From Chrysomallon squamiferum (taxonomy: Eukaryota; Animalia; Mollusca), in NCBI GenBank assembly GCA_012295275.1, contig CM022679.1:18600001-18664000 (forward strand): a DNA stretch of 64,000 nucleotides, written 5' to 3'. Below are positions 10,592 to 23,194 of the stretch, one piece after another. Both the position numbers and the translations under genes were made by a program. Numbering within the stretch: the first letter of the stretch is position 1; each line of letters opens with the position of its first letter. The notes under the pieces are model-generated. The model made no database searches and was not told the origin of the DNA. It saw nothing but the letters and a program-made list of their open reading frames with translations.

Positions 10592-13500
10592 ACAAAACCT
10601 ATATAATGTCAACAGGCTCGTGTAACGTAACCACTATTCCACCAAGCACTCATTTCCGTGAACCATGTATACTGCGTGAGTAAAATAATAACATACTGTC
10701 AAGATACAATTAAACTAAAGATTCCTTAAGAATGTTTACGAGTATTGTATGCATCTGTATTTTAGTCTTCGGTTTTGAACCAAATACTTACTTATATTGT
10801 TTTTTCCTTCTTTTTTTCTTTGGTTCGTTCTTTTCTATAAACCCCCCCCCCCATTTCCACATGATACAGAAAGACTAACGGTGAGAATGATAGATATGCA
10901 ACTGGAACCAGCTATTAAAATGTAAGTATATTTCACCTGTAAGATTCTCTGACTCTCAAGAGTAATTATTATCAGATACCTTATTCTTATTTTTGTGATA
11001 TTTCTGATTTATTTTAAAAAATTATTTAATTTTTTTTTCTTTCTTTCTTTTCCTATAGCGGATGCAAAATTTCTTGGTGAAACATACATGGGCTACGGAG
11101 TCAGTAAAGTTCCTCTTATGAACTGGGAGATGAAAACGCTTACTAATCACAACTTGACTGTTAGAGTTGCTGTGACCAAAGAGGGATGTACGCCTATTAT
11201 CGAAGCCATATACGGCTATGCCGACAGAAGTAAGAATTAACCGATAAGATCTTCTCTCTCAACTTAAAACTGCAAGTCATAGTATAGCGATCTGACATAA
11301 GGATACATTTTTCATTTACTTAGTAATCATTTTTCATAATCATTATTTTTATTTATTTATTTATTTATTTCATTTTTTATTTTTGAATGGGAGTTTCATA
11401 GTAACTAGTTTTGATATTTTTTTTAGAAAATTTTCATTGTTCTAGTTTTTTTAAAACATATGCGGTATTATTTTACGTAACCTACGTATTCTGTTAAAAT
11501 GATGAACTAATCAAATATATTACCATTCACATTCAACTACTATATTATTAATTAAATAATCAGTCCGATAAGTTTTTATTTCGAGTGATTCATTATTACA
11601 GTATGTTTGATATGTTTTAATAAGTCATGTCGCTGTCAGAGAATATATATTCCTCCCGAATACTCTCCCGCCATGGAACCGATATTCGTTCCCCTAGGAT
11701 TATTTTAAGACGTAGTTCTGTATTCTATTGTTTTAATAACTAAATACAGTATGTGTGTCTACTGATGCATGCCCTCTCTTTTAAACATATTGCACCATGC
11801 CTCAATCTTTTAAATAAAGTGCCACAGTGATATTGATGATCATTACCTTCAGTATCAGTCTTCCTGAAGCTCCCAGATGACAAAAAAGTACCAAGTAATG
11901 ATGACTGTATCGGACGAAGTAGGAAACAGAAAGGAAGGAATTGCCAGCCTCATCTATACCAGTCTCCAAAGCTAGGACTCTGTCAGAGGAAAGGAAGAGA
12001 AACTAGGTCAAGATAAATTTCAGCCACTCCTTGGGCTTCAGCTTGTTAAGAGTGTAAACCATATAAAAAGAGATCACTTCAGTGTTGTCATATCATTAAG
12101 TTCATAACACAAACAGACTTAGAGGAAATCAGATCACGATAATTTCAAGTCAGAAGGAAATGCCATACGTGCTGTATAGTTAGTATGACATGTTACTTGA
12201 TCGTCACAGTTCCACTGGTTTGGAAAAAAAAACACCCATTCATGTAACATGTTTATTTTTAAGGAACTTAAAAGAAGCAAAGTAGCTTTAAAAAGACAAA
12301 TCTGAGTGAAATTTGTTATTATGTATTTTACTATATAGCATATGAAACCCAGTTTTTCCTGTTTATCTGTAAAGCTCTGGCATACTTATTATCACATCAC
12401 GCCTAGGCAACATTTATTCATTATATGGCCTTTACTGATAAATTGATAAATGGATAAGTATTCTGGACTTCAGTCGTACTTACGAGTGAACCAGCTTACG
12501 AGATTTTCTAGTTATGAGCAGTCGCCCGGGGTCGATTTTTGCTTTGAGTTGCAAGGATAAATTTGAGTTACGAGCGAAGTTTAGACGCGCCGCTGCTACT
12601 TGACGCAACGAATAGCATAACATCCGGCCAGCATCCTGCGTCTCATTCGTTTATTTCACATGGTTAACCCGCCGCAGAAGCATATCTGTTGTGTTGTGCT
12701 CGAGTTTTGTACAGAATTTTGCCAAATTTCTTTTTTCTGACCATGGATCCTAAGAAAGTGAGTGCAAAGGACAGTGCTGAGAAGAAGAAGCGGATGATGT
12801 CCATTGAATTAAAGCTTGAATTCATAGAAAAACATAAGAGAGGTGTGCACGTAGTCCACTTAGCTACATATTACGAGGTAGTACTTCTACGATTTGCACT
12901 ATACTGAAGCTGAAGGAGTCGATAAAGGCTGTAATTCCAGCCAAAGGCGTTAAAATAATTTCTCTGATCTCCAAGATAAATACACTTTACAAAACCAATT
13001 TATTTCTTTACATTCTCTTTTATTTTGTTTTATACAATATTTGTCATTTATAAATACTATTTTATTATTTAAAAACATGTTTCTTCTTATTATATTTTTT
13101 AAAATGGGTTGTTTTGGGGAGGGGGGGCTGAAACGGATTAATGATATTTCAATTAATGAGTTTTTAAAAATGTATTGTTATACAAGTATGATAACTTATG
13201 GCACTGGGAAACCAATTGTTCCTTCATATTTAGGTTAGGCTGTGGAAACCCCGGAGATACAAATACATATTCTTTTTCTCCGATACAAATTGTCATACTG
13301 AATTTCTGACATGAGCTTTGTTATTAATACAGAGACTCGAGTACAAATATCTAAAGTATATTTCACAAACAGGATAAGTGGCAGTGTTAGTATATCAGAA
13401 TGTACTGACATATATATTATAAACTGTAGTTTGGTTTTACTTCAGGCGGGAATGAATTTGATCTTGTCTATGTCTTCAATAATTACCACCCTGGCATACG

Positions 13501-13778
13501 TAGGCGTGACGTTTTTAATGTACCACACATTTGTAATCAAGGACACCAAAAGGTTAGTATAAAACACGTATCATATTAGTAATTCTTTAACATTTATCGC
13601 TGTCGTCATCATCACCATCATCAGTTAATTCGTGTTGAAACAACTTTAATGTGCAAAAATTAGTCTGAAACAATCATTATTTTGAACAAAATGCATATAG
13701 CTATTATTTTTTCACTTCTAGGATATTCCAGAGTCAGCCAATAGAATAGTAAGGAAAATAATCAATTTATACACGTGA
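9336..13778 (+). CDS. EPDR: Ependymin-related secreted protein paralog C, 230 aa; exons 9336-9494, 9976-10089, 10591-10675, 11059-11229, 13446-13552, 13722-13778
   Basis: Spliced frame is open: MFVAVIFCIFGVACAQHMHPHGCCVDREFEVVMGE...LHYDYYSRKMAVES...GSCNVT...EPCILPDAKFLGETYMGYG...VAVTKEGCTPIIE...VFNNYHPGIRRRDVFNVPHIC...DIPESANRIVRKIINLYT*. Signal peptide, EPDR cysteine pattern, all GT-AG introns, AATAAA near 13798. Confidence 0.92.
9976..10089 (+). CDS. EPDR-C exon 2, 114 nt
   Basis: GFNILHYDYYSRKMAVESHLRQDDGTLKLAHVLYDFFN; ttttgcag|...|gtaata. Confidence 0.9.
10424..10548. mobile_element. Possible hAT-type MITE inserted into an (ATT)n tract in EPDR-C intron 2
   Basis: Ends CAGGCCCG...CAGGCCTG (short inverted termini), flanked by ATTATTAC and ATTATTAT (7/8 match, but low complexity). 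Confidence 0.4.
10591..10675 (+). CDS. EPDR-C exon 3, 85 nt
   Basis: DKTYIMSTGSCNVTTIPPSTHFREPCIL; ttcag|...|gtgagt. Confidence 0.88.
11059..11229 (+). CDS. EPDR-C exon 4, 171 nt
   Basis: DAKFLGETYMGYGVSKVPLMNWEMKTLTNHNLTVRVAVTKEGCTPIIEAIYGYADR; long pyrimidine tract + tag, donor gtaaga. Confidence 0.92.
12471..13230 (+). mobile_element. Internally deleted Tigger/pogo DNA transposon in EPDR-C intron 4
   Basis: CAGT..ACTTACGAG left end with TTACGAG subterminal repeats. From ATG 12743: MDPKKVSAKDSAEKKKRMMSIELKLEFIEKHKRGVHVVHLATYY, then after a frameshift STSTICTILKLKESIKAVIPAKGVKIIS, a CENP-B-N/psq HTH of Tigger transposases. DDE domain absent; right end eroded and approximate. Confidence 0.85.
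13446..13552 (+). CDS. EPDR-C exon 5, 107 nt
   Basis: GNEFDLVYVFNNYHPGIRRRDVFNVPHICNQGHQK; ttcag|...|gttagt. Confidence 0.9.
13722..13778 (+). CDS. EPDR-C exon 6 (terminal)
   Basis: cttctag|DIPESANRIVRKIINLYT-TGA followed by AATAAA. Confidence 0.85.
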   Translation, partial: DIPESANRIVRKIINLYT

Positions 13779-13906
13779 ATTGTGGAAAACAACTTCTAAT
13801 AAATAAAGCTGGAAACATGTTTTTATTTATTTATTTATTTAATTTTTAATTTTTAATTTAATTTAATTTTATTATTATTAATATTATTCTTATTCTTATT
13901 ATTATT

Positions 13907-13947
<41 letters not shown>

Positions 13948-14348
13948 TATTATTATTATTATTTTTTTTTTTTTTGTCGTTTGTTTTTCTTCTTAGGATA
14001 ATGTAATTATTTCGTGTATTTGCTTTTTTGTATAATTTGTATTAACATGTATACGTACCTACATACATACATACATACATACATACATACATACGTATTC
14101 ATAAATATACACACATATACAAACACATACGTATGTATATACACATATACATATATTAAATGAGTAATATTGAGAATATATATATATATAAATTTCTTTT
14201 AATATTCTTTTTTAATAATATATTGTACACGATAATAGGTGGTATTCTTCATTGTACGTTTGAGAATAATGTGCAACATCATTATTGTTCTTTATATATG
14301 TACTTATGCATGTGTATGTAAACGCACACATACACACATATTTGACTG

Positions 14349-14412
<64 letters not shown>

Positions 14413-14944
14413 CTGCAGAAAAACAAAGAAAAAATCATTTAAACACTGCTGACACATCGCAAATGAATAAAAGACTCTTTATTAAGAGTTTCGAGTTTTT
14501 AGTGGATATCACACATTCTCCGATTAAACTTAAACACTATTACGTATTAAAATACCTTTCTTTTTACAACGATATATCATTTCATCGAAGATTGGAATTC
14601 TTGTTAAAACGGATTTGTTCCTTAATAAATTTACCCGATTTGTCTCATGTGGAACTATCACTGATTAAGATACTGTGCCACCCATGTAGCAAGGTGAATC
14701 TTTAAATAATAACTTGTATGTAATTAAATTATTTTAACCCGTTGGATCCAGAAGGATACCGAAGGATGTTTATCATTATATTAATTCAATATATATTTAT
14801 GTTTATGTATGTATATCTGTGAGACAGAATATTAGCTGGCTGGTTTTACCGACTCGTGGTTTGGATTGCTTTAAAAATACATGTTTGTTATAATGTTTAT
14901 TACGGATATATAACAATTTATAATTTGTTTTAACGACCCATACA

Positions 14945-15006
<62 letters not shown>

Positions 15007-18000
15007 AATGAAACACTGTACAGAAAATATGCCGTTACTTGTAGATAATACAGTACTTGTCAAAATATGTTATCAGCAACTAACCACGAAGGAGTTTATC
15101 CATTTATTAACATCATAGAAATAAAGCAATACATAACTGATGAGAAAAAAAGTTTATTTGTATACCTAGGACTGGATTTGTGAGAAAAATTCTAATCTGT
15201 CCACAGTGTTTTATCCGTTTTGCTCAGTGTCAAATTATCTAGTTTTTCTTTTGATCCGTACTACTTTGCAAGATCAATCTACACTGCTTATTTTATCGTT
15301 TGGCTTGGTCTGGTTCTCTTACATATTTGTTTTTAAACTATGATGTCTGACCCTGATAATGAAGGTGTGGTGTTGATTAAATCACACCTTTTTTTTTATA
15401 AAAGCTCCACGGTCAGGAAGCATGCCTGATGAGTACATTGTTGGCAAAGATCTCAAAACCATTGATGTCAGGATGGTTCAAGGAGTTTCTTGTTAACAAG
15501 ATATAAAGCGACCATCTCATAATAAGTAATTTGTTTTACTTTAGACCACACATGTTGAGAAATTCGAATAAGAAAGAAAAAAATATATGTACAATTGCTA
15601 TTTCAGCCAAAGTAAATGAGACTGATTATTCTGGTGCTGCATATGAAAACCTCTATCGTTACAGATAGACATAAACATATATTTCTCTCTCATTAATTTG
15701 TAATCGTTAATGGTGTTCAAATTTTTGATTTATATTTCGTCTGTGCATAGTTTCATTATTTAGTTTTTTTTTTAGGAAAATATAACTATGGATTTAAATA
15801 TTATAAAGTTGTATTATTAGTTACTCGCTCTGATAATTTGAAAAAGTATATATATATATTGATATAGATATAACAGAATCATAGTATCATAGTAAAATAA
15901 TTAAATGTAGTGAAAGAAATACTAGCGTCTGTCTATATATTTTTGGATATGGCTATGTTGTGTCCATGTTTTATCCGTATATCTTCAAGATACATGGATT
16001 AAAAGAACATTAATAATTAAATAAATTATAATTAAATATAATAAAAAATGTTTTAAAATCTGTTGGCAGTATTTAGTTAAATTTATTATGGTCAAAGTAA
16101 TATGATGTCAACATTTAAAAGAGTTGTTCCTGGGTTTTTTTGGGGGCGCTGTTATTTTTCAGAGAATGTTTTAAGAGACAAAAAGTAACAAAACACGATG
16201 TAACATGCAAACTGCAAGTAATTTAATAACTTATCCACATAATCTTTGAGATTTGTGCATTCATAAAGAGCAGCACAAAATAATAAGTGAGTTATCTCAC
16301 ATCTCCACACAAACAGTCGCCTGTTCACAAATTCAGGTATACCAAAGATGTGCACATCTTTCAGTAATGATGATTGAACATGAACATACTTGCATATCTG
16401 CATTTCAACAATAGTTTTCTTTAAATTTAAAATTATTTATGGTTATTAACTGAGACAATATATATATATGTACACACTTATTGCACTTTTAACAAATGTA
16501 AAGAAAACAATGTCTATTCGACTGCAGGACGGCCTCTCAGTTTGTATACTGGTTCATGCGGAGAATGATTTTTCAGCGAGTCACCAGAGGGCAAAGCAGA
16601 TAAACAGACTAAAGAAGACATCACAGACAAGATATGTCAGAGAGACAAACATTTTGGAAATTAGTCTGTGACACGCAACCGTCTAGCCGTAGAGACAAAA
16701 TGTATATGAAGTTCACTGTATACATTTCACTGCAACACAGTTAATTCTTACTCAGCTATTTTTGTTGTCCTGTTTAACGAAGAATGTAAATCTGAATAGT
16801 GGGAACTTAATTATAACAATAATTTATATATAACGCAGTCAATTAACTGTATTAATATTTAACAGTGAACCTGCCAGGATCTTATCTCTTTATTCTGTAT
16901 ATAACCATTGATACCTACTTGGCGTCATCAACAAACAGAGTTTAGAAGAAAGGGTTATCTAATTTTCAACACATTTACTCTATACAGCATTCATGTTTTT
17001 ATTAATTTGTAAATGTGTGAATTCAAAAGAACAAATAGTAATTTGTTGCGGTGTGGTAGTTAACAGAGTATAGACAGGAGTCGGATCTCATCTGTGTCTA
17101 AAATGCTACAAAAATAAATATACAAAGACATTACCCCCCCCCCGTTTAACTGTATGTCCTCAAGCCAGAAGTAATACAAGAAACATTTTCACGTCACTTG
17201 TTCATACTTGTTAGTCCAACAAAAAGCATAATACGTGATATGTTTCTCTAATTTTTGGGAAGCGTCCAGAATACATTGTGTAAACCGTAATATGTACGAA
17301 ATCCGTCATCAGGGTGACTATTACCTTTGTTTATCTAAGCCTGTTAGCTGCCTGTGTAGAGAAGGAATTTACCGTATACAATAACATTATTTTAGAGCAA
17401 CGAAGTTAATAAAAATAAAACATGACGTTTAATTATTTTTTTTATCATAGAGGTTTTATACGGTCTTCGTGAAAATAAATGGGAGTACCCTGGAGATTAA
17501 CAGTTCACGATCGATTTCTGTTGGATTAATATTAATAATAATAATAATAATAATAATAATTAAAATTTACCCCCCCCCAAAAAAAAATCGGTTTGATGAC
17601 AGAATTGTGACATTATATCTATTTCAGTACGTATGTATGTACGTACGTATGCATCTATATGTATATATATTTGTTGTGATGTGTGTATTTAGAGAGAGTC
17701 ATTAGGGATAATTATTATTTTTATTTTTTTTAATTTTATATAAAATACATGTACTGAATTTCTACTGGAACGTGTTCACAACTGGGAGCCAAATATATTA
17801 TTCATCATTGTAATGAATTGTACATCACATTAGATTATATTAAATTATATTATATTTACATTACTTTACTTATATTAGTTTATATTTTCACATTGGTTTA
17901 TGAATGTTGTTTGACATGCTGAAGCGGACAAGTTGTGCCCCAATGTAAACGAATAGCTAACTTTAATAACTGTTAAACAAGACACAGCAGTTGGTACAAA

Positions 18001-18216
18001 ACCACATATCAAACTGAGATTGATATACACAAAATGTTAACAAAACAGCTGTTAACAATATACAGTATAGCCGTATACAGTGAACATAAAATTATAACAG
18101 AATGATGAGAAATATTAATTTCTGACTGATAACAGTTTTGATCTTTTTCTGTCAATTATCATTATCCTTAACGTTGCTGATTAAAAAAAATTATTATTAT
18201 TATTATTATTATTATT

Positions 18217-18270
<54 letters not shown>

Positions 18271-19187
18271 ATTGTTGTTGTTGTTGTTGTTATTATCACT
18301 GATTGCTAACTGGTGGATAACTTTAATTCTTAAATGATATAAATATTATATATCAAATAATAATTTTTTCTTTAAACTAAAGTATTGACCATTACTATTG
18401 ATAGGCACATAAATAAAATTATAAATATAATTTTATAAACAGCAAGCAATCCCACATAAGATTCAAATAAGATGTATGAACATCAGAAGTTTCTTTGTAT
18501 GAAGTTATGCAGCTTTAGTAAAAAAATAATATTAGTTTTAAGAAAGATCAACAATAGTTCTAAGGAAGAAGATATGACTGAGATAATGTGATGTGATGTG
18601 ATATGACAATTAAAACTAAAAGAAAAATTAAACATGAGTTTATGTCCTTATCATCTGAACTGCAGGATATGTCTGTACTTCTACATATGATATTCTGTTT
18701 TCTTTATTCTCCTCTTAACATTTTTAAAATGTGTTTTAGGATGAACTAGTTAAAGGTTATAAATCACAACAAAACCCCCAGAGTAGCACTGTTCGTTCCT
18801 TGTATTTGACAAACAGTAATGTGCATCTTTAATTGTGTTAGAGAGAGTACTGTAAAAAGATAGTCTGATTCGCTAAAGCTCTAGTAACAAAGGCAGGGAA
18901 TATTATTAATCCTCTGCTTTGTGGCTAAACTATCTTTTATGTTTAATCATCTCAGGCAATACGAGTTTCAAGCTTCCAGTTTCACTAATTTTCGTCACCT
19001 TCAGTAATTAATATAGCCCAACGGTTTTCAGATTTTTAACATATTCAAACGAAAAGTACATTATGACTTATTTTGCTTTAAACGTATAATTAAACCTCTA
19101 AGTTTCTGTGATCGTGTTTAGGACATAGTCGCAGTACTAGTTTCGTTTGTCAACTGTGTTACTACAATCTTTTTTTATCATCTAGCA

Positions 19188-19315
19188 CAGGTATGGGCAA
19201 CCTTTTTCGAGAAGGTTCATCCTCAGGCGGGCAGCAGGTACTAATTTACAGTGTAAATGGAATAATTAGGCGGGCCAATCAGAAAGTTGCGCGGGCCGCA
19301 GTTTGCCCAAGACTG
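19188..19315. mobile_element. hAT (Charlie/Buster-type) MITE, 128 bp
   Basis: TIRs CAGGTATGGGCAA and TTGCCCAAGACTG; perfect 8-bp TSD ATCTAGCA at 19180-19187 and 19316-19323 with central TA; GCGGGC subterminal repeats. Confidence 0.88.
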
Positions 19316-19416
19316 ATCTAGCATATGTGTACACGGATATGTTCACTTGATTGGATGTTTCATTGTATTTGTATGTCGTTATCATTTTCTTACCTGTTTT
19401 GAATTTATGTCCATTA

Positions 19417-19516
<100 letters not shown>

Positions 19517-19757
19517 TTGTTATTATTATTATTATTATTATTCCTGCCTCACTCTTCTTCTTTCTTCTTTATCTTTGTATGAAGATGAAATGCAAGGAAT
19601 ATTTGATCAAGTGAAAACAGCGGACATTTTTAAGTTAGCCAATGTTATATGTATGTACACATACAAACACGTGTACATACTAAATATAGTCATACATACA
19701 TACATACAAAGACATACATACATACATACATACATACATACATACATACATACATAA

Positions 19758-19788
<31 letters not shown>

Positions 19789-20616
19789 CTTACATACAAG
19801 CAACAACAATTACAAATAAAAGTCTATTAATAAGTATTTTATAATATAGCAATAAAGAGACACAGTCTTCGTTTCGTCATTAGACCTACAAAATATTAAA
19901 TGCAGAATTCGGTGACTTCAGGCATCAGTAAGACTCAAGATAACAACTCGCCTTCCGATTTTGATAGGTATTAGCTGTAATTGTAGAAATTCTATATTTA
20001 TGATTAATTCGAAGCAGTTTTCAAAGCAGTGATACTATGTGGTGTTTGAAGGTTTGTTTGTATGTATGTATGTATGTATGTATGTATGTATGTATATATG
20101 TATGTATGTATGTAAATATGTATATATGTATGTGTGTCTATGTGTTTAATGTGCATATGTGTGTTGTGTGTATCTAAGTGTATGTGTGTGTATGTGCGTA
20201 TATTTTTGTTTTATCGTTATATTTAATCAAATAATTTTTTTAAAACAATTCTTCTTTTTTTCTTTTTTTAACATGCGTACGATATTAAATGCACAAAAGT
20301 ATACCACTTAATTGTATTGTCAGTATTATTTTACCACTATGACTCACAAATAATAGTTGATAGAAAGTACAGCCAGACCAGAGTTTGGGGTATATGAAAG
20401 GCATACTGCCAATCTGATAGTGTTCTACGGGTGTAAATCTGTCAAGATTGCCGATGTCTTAAAAGATTGTTTTAAACATGTTAGCTTCTTGTTATCTGTC
20501 TGCCAATCTAAGCTGTGCTCTCGCCATGATAAAATCGACTGGCAGCGGGCCACGTGCTTCCCACCATTGAAGTTGTCATGTCACGCATATGAACATTGTG
20601 CAATTAGCAGAAACCC

Positions 20617-20668
<52 letters not shown>

Positions 20669-21991
20669 CATTATTATTATTATTATTATTATTATATGAA
20701 TGTAATTTTTCAGTATTTTCTAACTCAGTAATTTGACAATGTGAATTAATGCAAACTTTTCATTCTCTTTTTTCTTTTCATCATATCTTGTTCTCTTTAT
20801 GCACAAATATATGCCAATGTGTATGAATATATTTATGTGTATGTATGTATGTATGTATGTATGTATATATATATATGTATGTATCTATGTATCTACGTTA
20901 TATCACTTTTTTATACGACAGTAATTATTTATCAATTTTTTCGGTTTAAATATCTATACCAGTAGATTTTATATGTCACATGAGCCTATTTTAAATTAGA
21001 TGACAGTATCATTTTTTATAAATAATATATTATGTCATGTTTTGTTGTCATGTGATACTTCAACAAACAAATAAACAACTATAGTTATATATATATATAT
21101 TGACTGAAGTCCAATAGTGAACAAGGCGAAAACACTGAGGACGGAGTGTTTCATGCAGACAAGCACAGATTTGTGTATGTAAAAGAAATGTTAAATTTTT
21201 TCATCTTCACTTTACCATTTTTATACATTTAAGCAGTAGCTCTCCACTAACACATTGCGTTAGGTCAAGAAAACCCTTAAAATGTGTTCTGCTATACAAA
21301 TGCTATGATAAGAAATTAAATGGAGATGAGAAATAGAGTTAGTGATTTATACTGCTCAGACACACACTCACACTCACCATTATCCTTATCAAAACATTCT
21401 CCGATCTATTCTTTGAGTTCCTCATTCATTCCTAATTTTTTATGTATAATTAATGGTTTTCTCTTCATATTTTTTTTCACTTACATTGCAGGCAAGCGTG
21501 GATTCATAAAGTACCATGATGCCGGTCATAAAACTGTAACTGTTAAACCATTCCTGATAACTGACAGCTGTCAACCACAAAATGTGTAGAAAAAAAGTTG
21601 TATGAATGGAATTGCTCATGTTCACATCAGAAACCTCATACTGTAAAGTGACAGAGCTTACTGGCTCATAGATCGAGGCCAACCCACGACCACACGCTAA
21701 CTAGAGTGCAGGCAGGCAGAGACGCTATCGCCCTGACATTATATTTTTAAAAAAATGAAGATTATTTAGCTGAAACGGAGGAATAATCAGGTAAGGTATT
21801 TAAGATCAAAAGATTTCGCCAAGTTGTTGGGAAGGTTTAAAAAGCGGCTTCTATCTGTGATCTGTTTACAGTCTGCCAATCACTCCGAGAGACAACCAAC
21901 GACAGTCTACGTTTCTGTTATTACTCTGACGTCCAGTGTATCATAGAGGCAGTTTTTGGAAACAGCTGTTTAGTGTGTTCAGAAGGACAGA

Positions 21992-22153
21992 ATGGATAGG
22001 TTGCAGTTTATTTTTTCAGTATTCCTTATTTCTGTTTATCTTTCTATATGTCATGGAGAGAAACTGATAGACATTTCACCGTATTTTACCAAAATCATAG
22101 ACAAACACAATGAAGTACGGAGAGAGGTCGGTGCGTCAAATATGCAGTATGTG
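21992..22153 (+). CDS. CAP gene exon 1 (signal peptide + HNEVRR...ASNM)
   Basis: MDRLQFIFSVFLISVYLSICHGEKLIDISPYFTKIIDKHNEVRREVGASNMQYV|gtacgt. Confidence 0.9.
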
Positions 22154-23163
22154 GTACGTATAAAATTTAATGTACTATACATTGTACATGTTAGAATAAG
22201 ACGTTCAACAAATACATTATTATTATTAGTAGTAGTAGTTATTTGAAGTAGTAGAAGAATTAGTAGTAGTACTGTTGTTATTGTTTTCTAAAGGTTCATA
22301 ATTGAATGATATTGTTAACATAGTTATATAAGATTTATATTTGTTAAAACATACGACTCGTCACCTGACGTATGTTAATGTCATGAAATGTTATTAGTAC
22401 GTTAAATTATTGCCACTCGCTTATGACGCTAGGTGACTTAGTGGGTCACGCTAATCATAACATCATAAGTCATGAACTCGTATATGGAATAATAAAATCA
22501 TTTCTCGAGAACTCAGCTGGTATGAGTTATTTTGAAACAAACTGTTACAGTTATTATCAGCGTTTTTTCTTCTTTTGAGTTTCTGCTACAATTAATAAAG
22601 AAAAAAAACAAAACCCTGACATTTTATACGAAAATATAACCAGCTAACATTTTATATATAATTTAAATATGTAAAAGTATTATTGATTTGAAATTATTGT
22701 GTTTCATTTCGATTTCTGATTCAGCGACTTCATTCTATAAAGAAAAAGATATGTAGTTTCCTTCTGTTTATTATTATTTGAAAGAATAACTAATGTAATG
22801 TAAATACATTACTCAAACATCAACAGACTGAATATTCATTATTACAAATAACATTATTCCTGTGAACTGCGTAATAATTAACTGTAGGTCAAGGCAGACA
22901 AACACTATCCCACTGAAAGAAGTAAAAATACTTAAGCTTTAGGCTTTTATTTATTGTTTTGTTACTAACTGGGTACACCACCTCCGATGGATATCTTGTT
23001 TAGGTTTCGTTTAGATTACAGTTTCCTTCGAGGTTAACATCATTTAGTTTAATGAAAATAATAATCATTCTACAAATAACTATTCTTACACCGATGTAAA
23101 GACGACATCACACATTATTTCTAAATGTTTGATCGAAGATTTTACAGTTACAAGAATAACGTC

Positions 23164-23194
<31 letters not shown>

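Noticed and set aside
10184-10683. ORF-track proteins rich in CV, L and I runs (and similar ORFs at 14212, 19266, 19347, 25574, 41471, 56688, 58546, 60395)
   Set aside because: Translations of microsatellites; only 10591-10675 is a real exon
11630-12230. Extra exon or transposase relic in EPDR-C intron 4
   Set aside because: Higher GC suggests an old TE, but no motif, termini or open frame could be identified
21650-21740. tRNA gene or tRNA-derived SINE on the minus strand
   Set aside because: Only a vague B-box-like stretch; no cloverleaf, tail or TSD could be established
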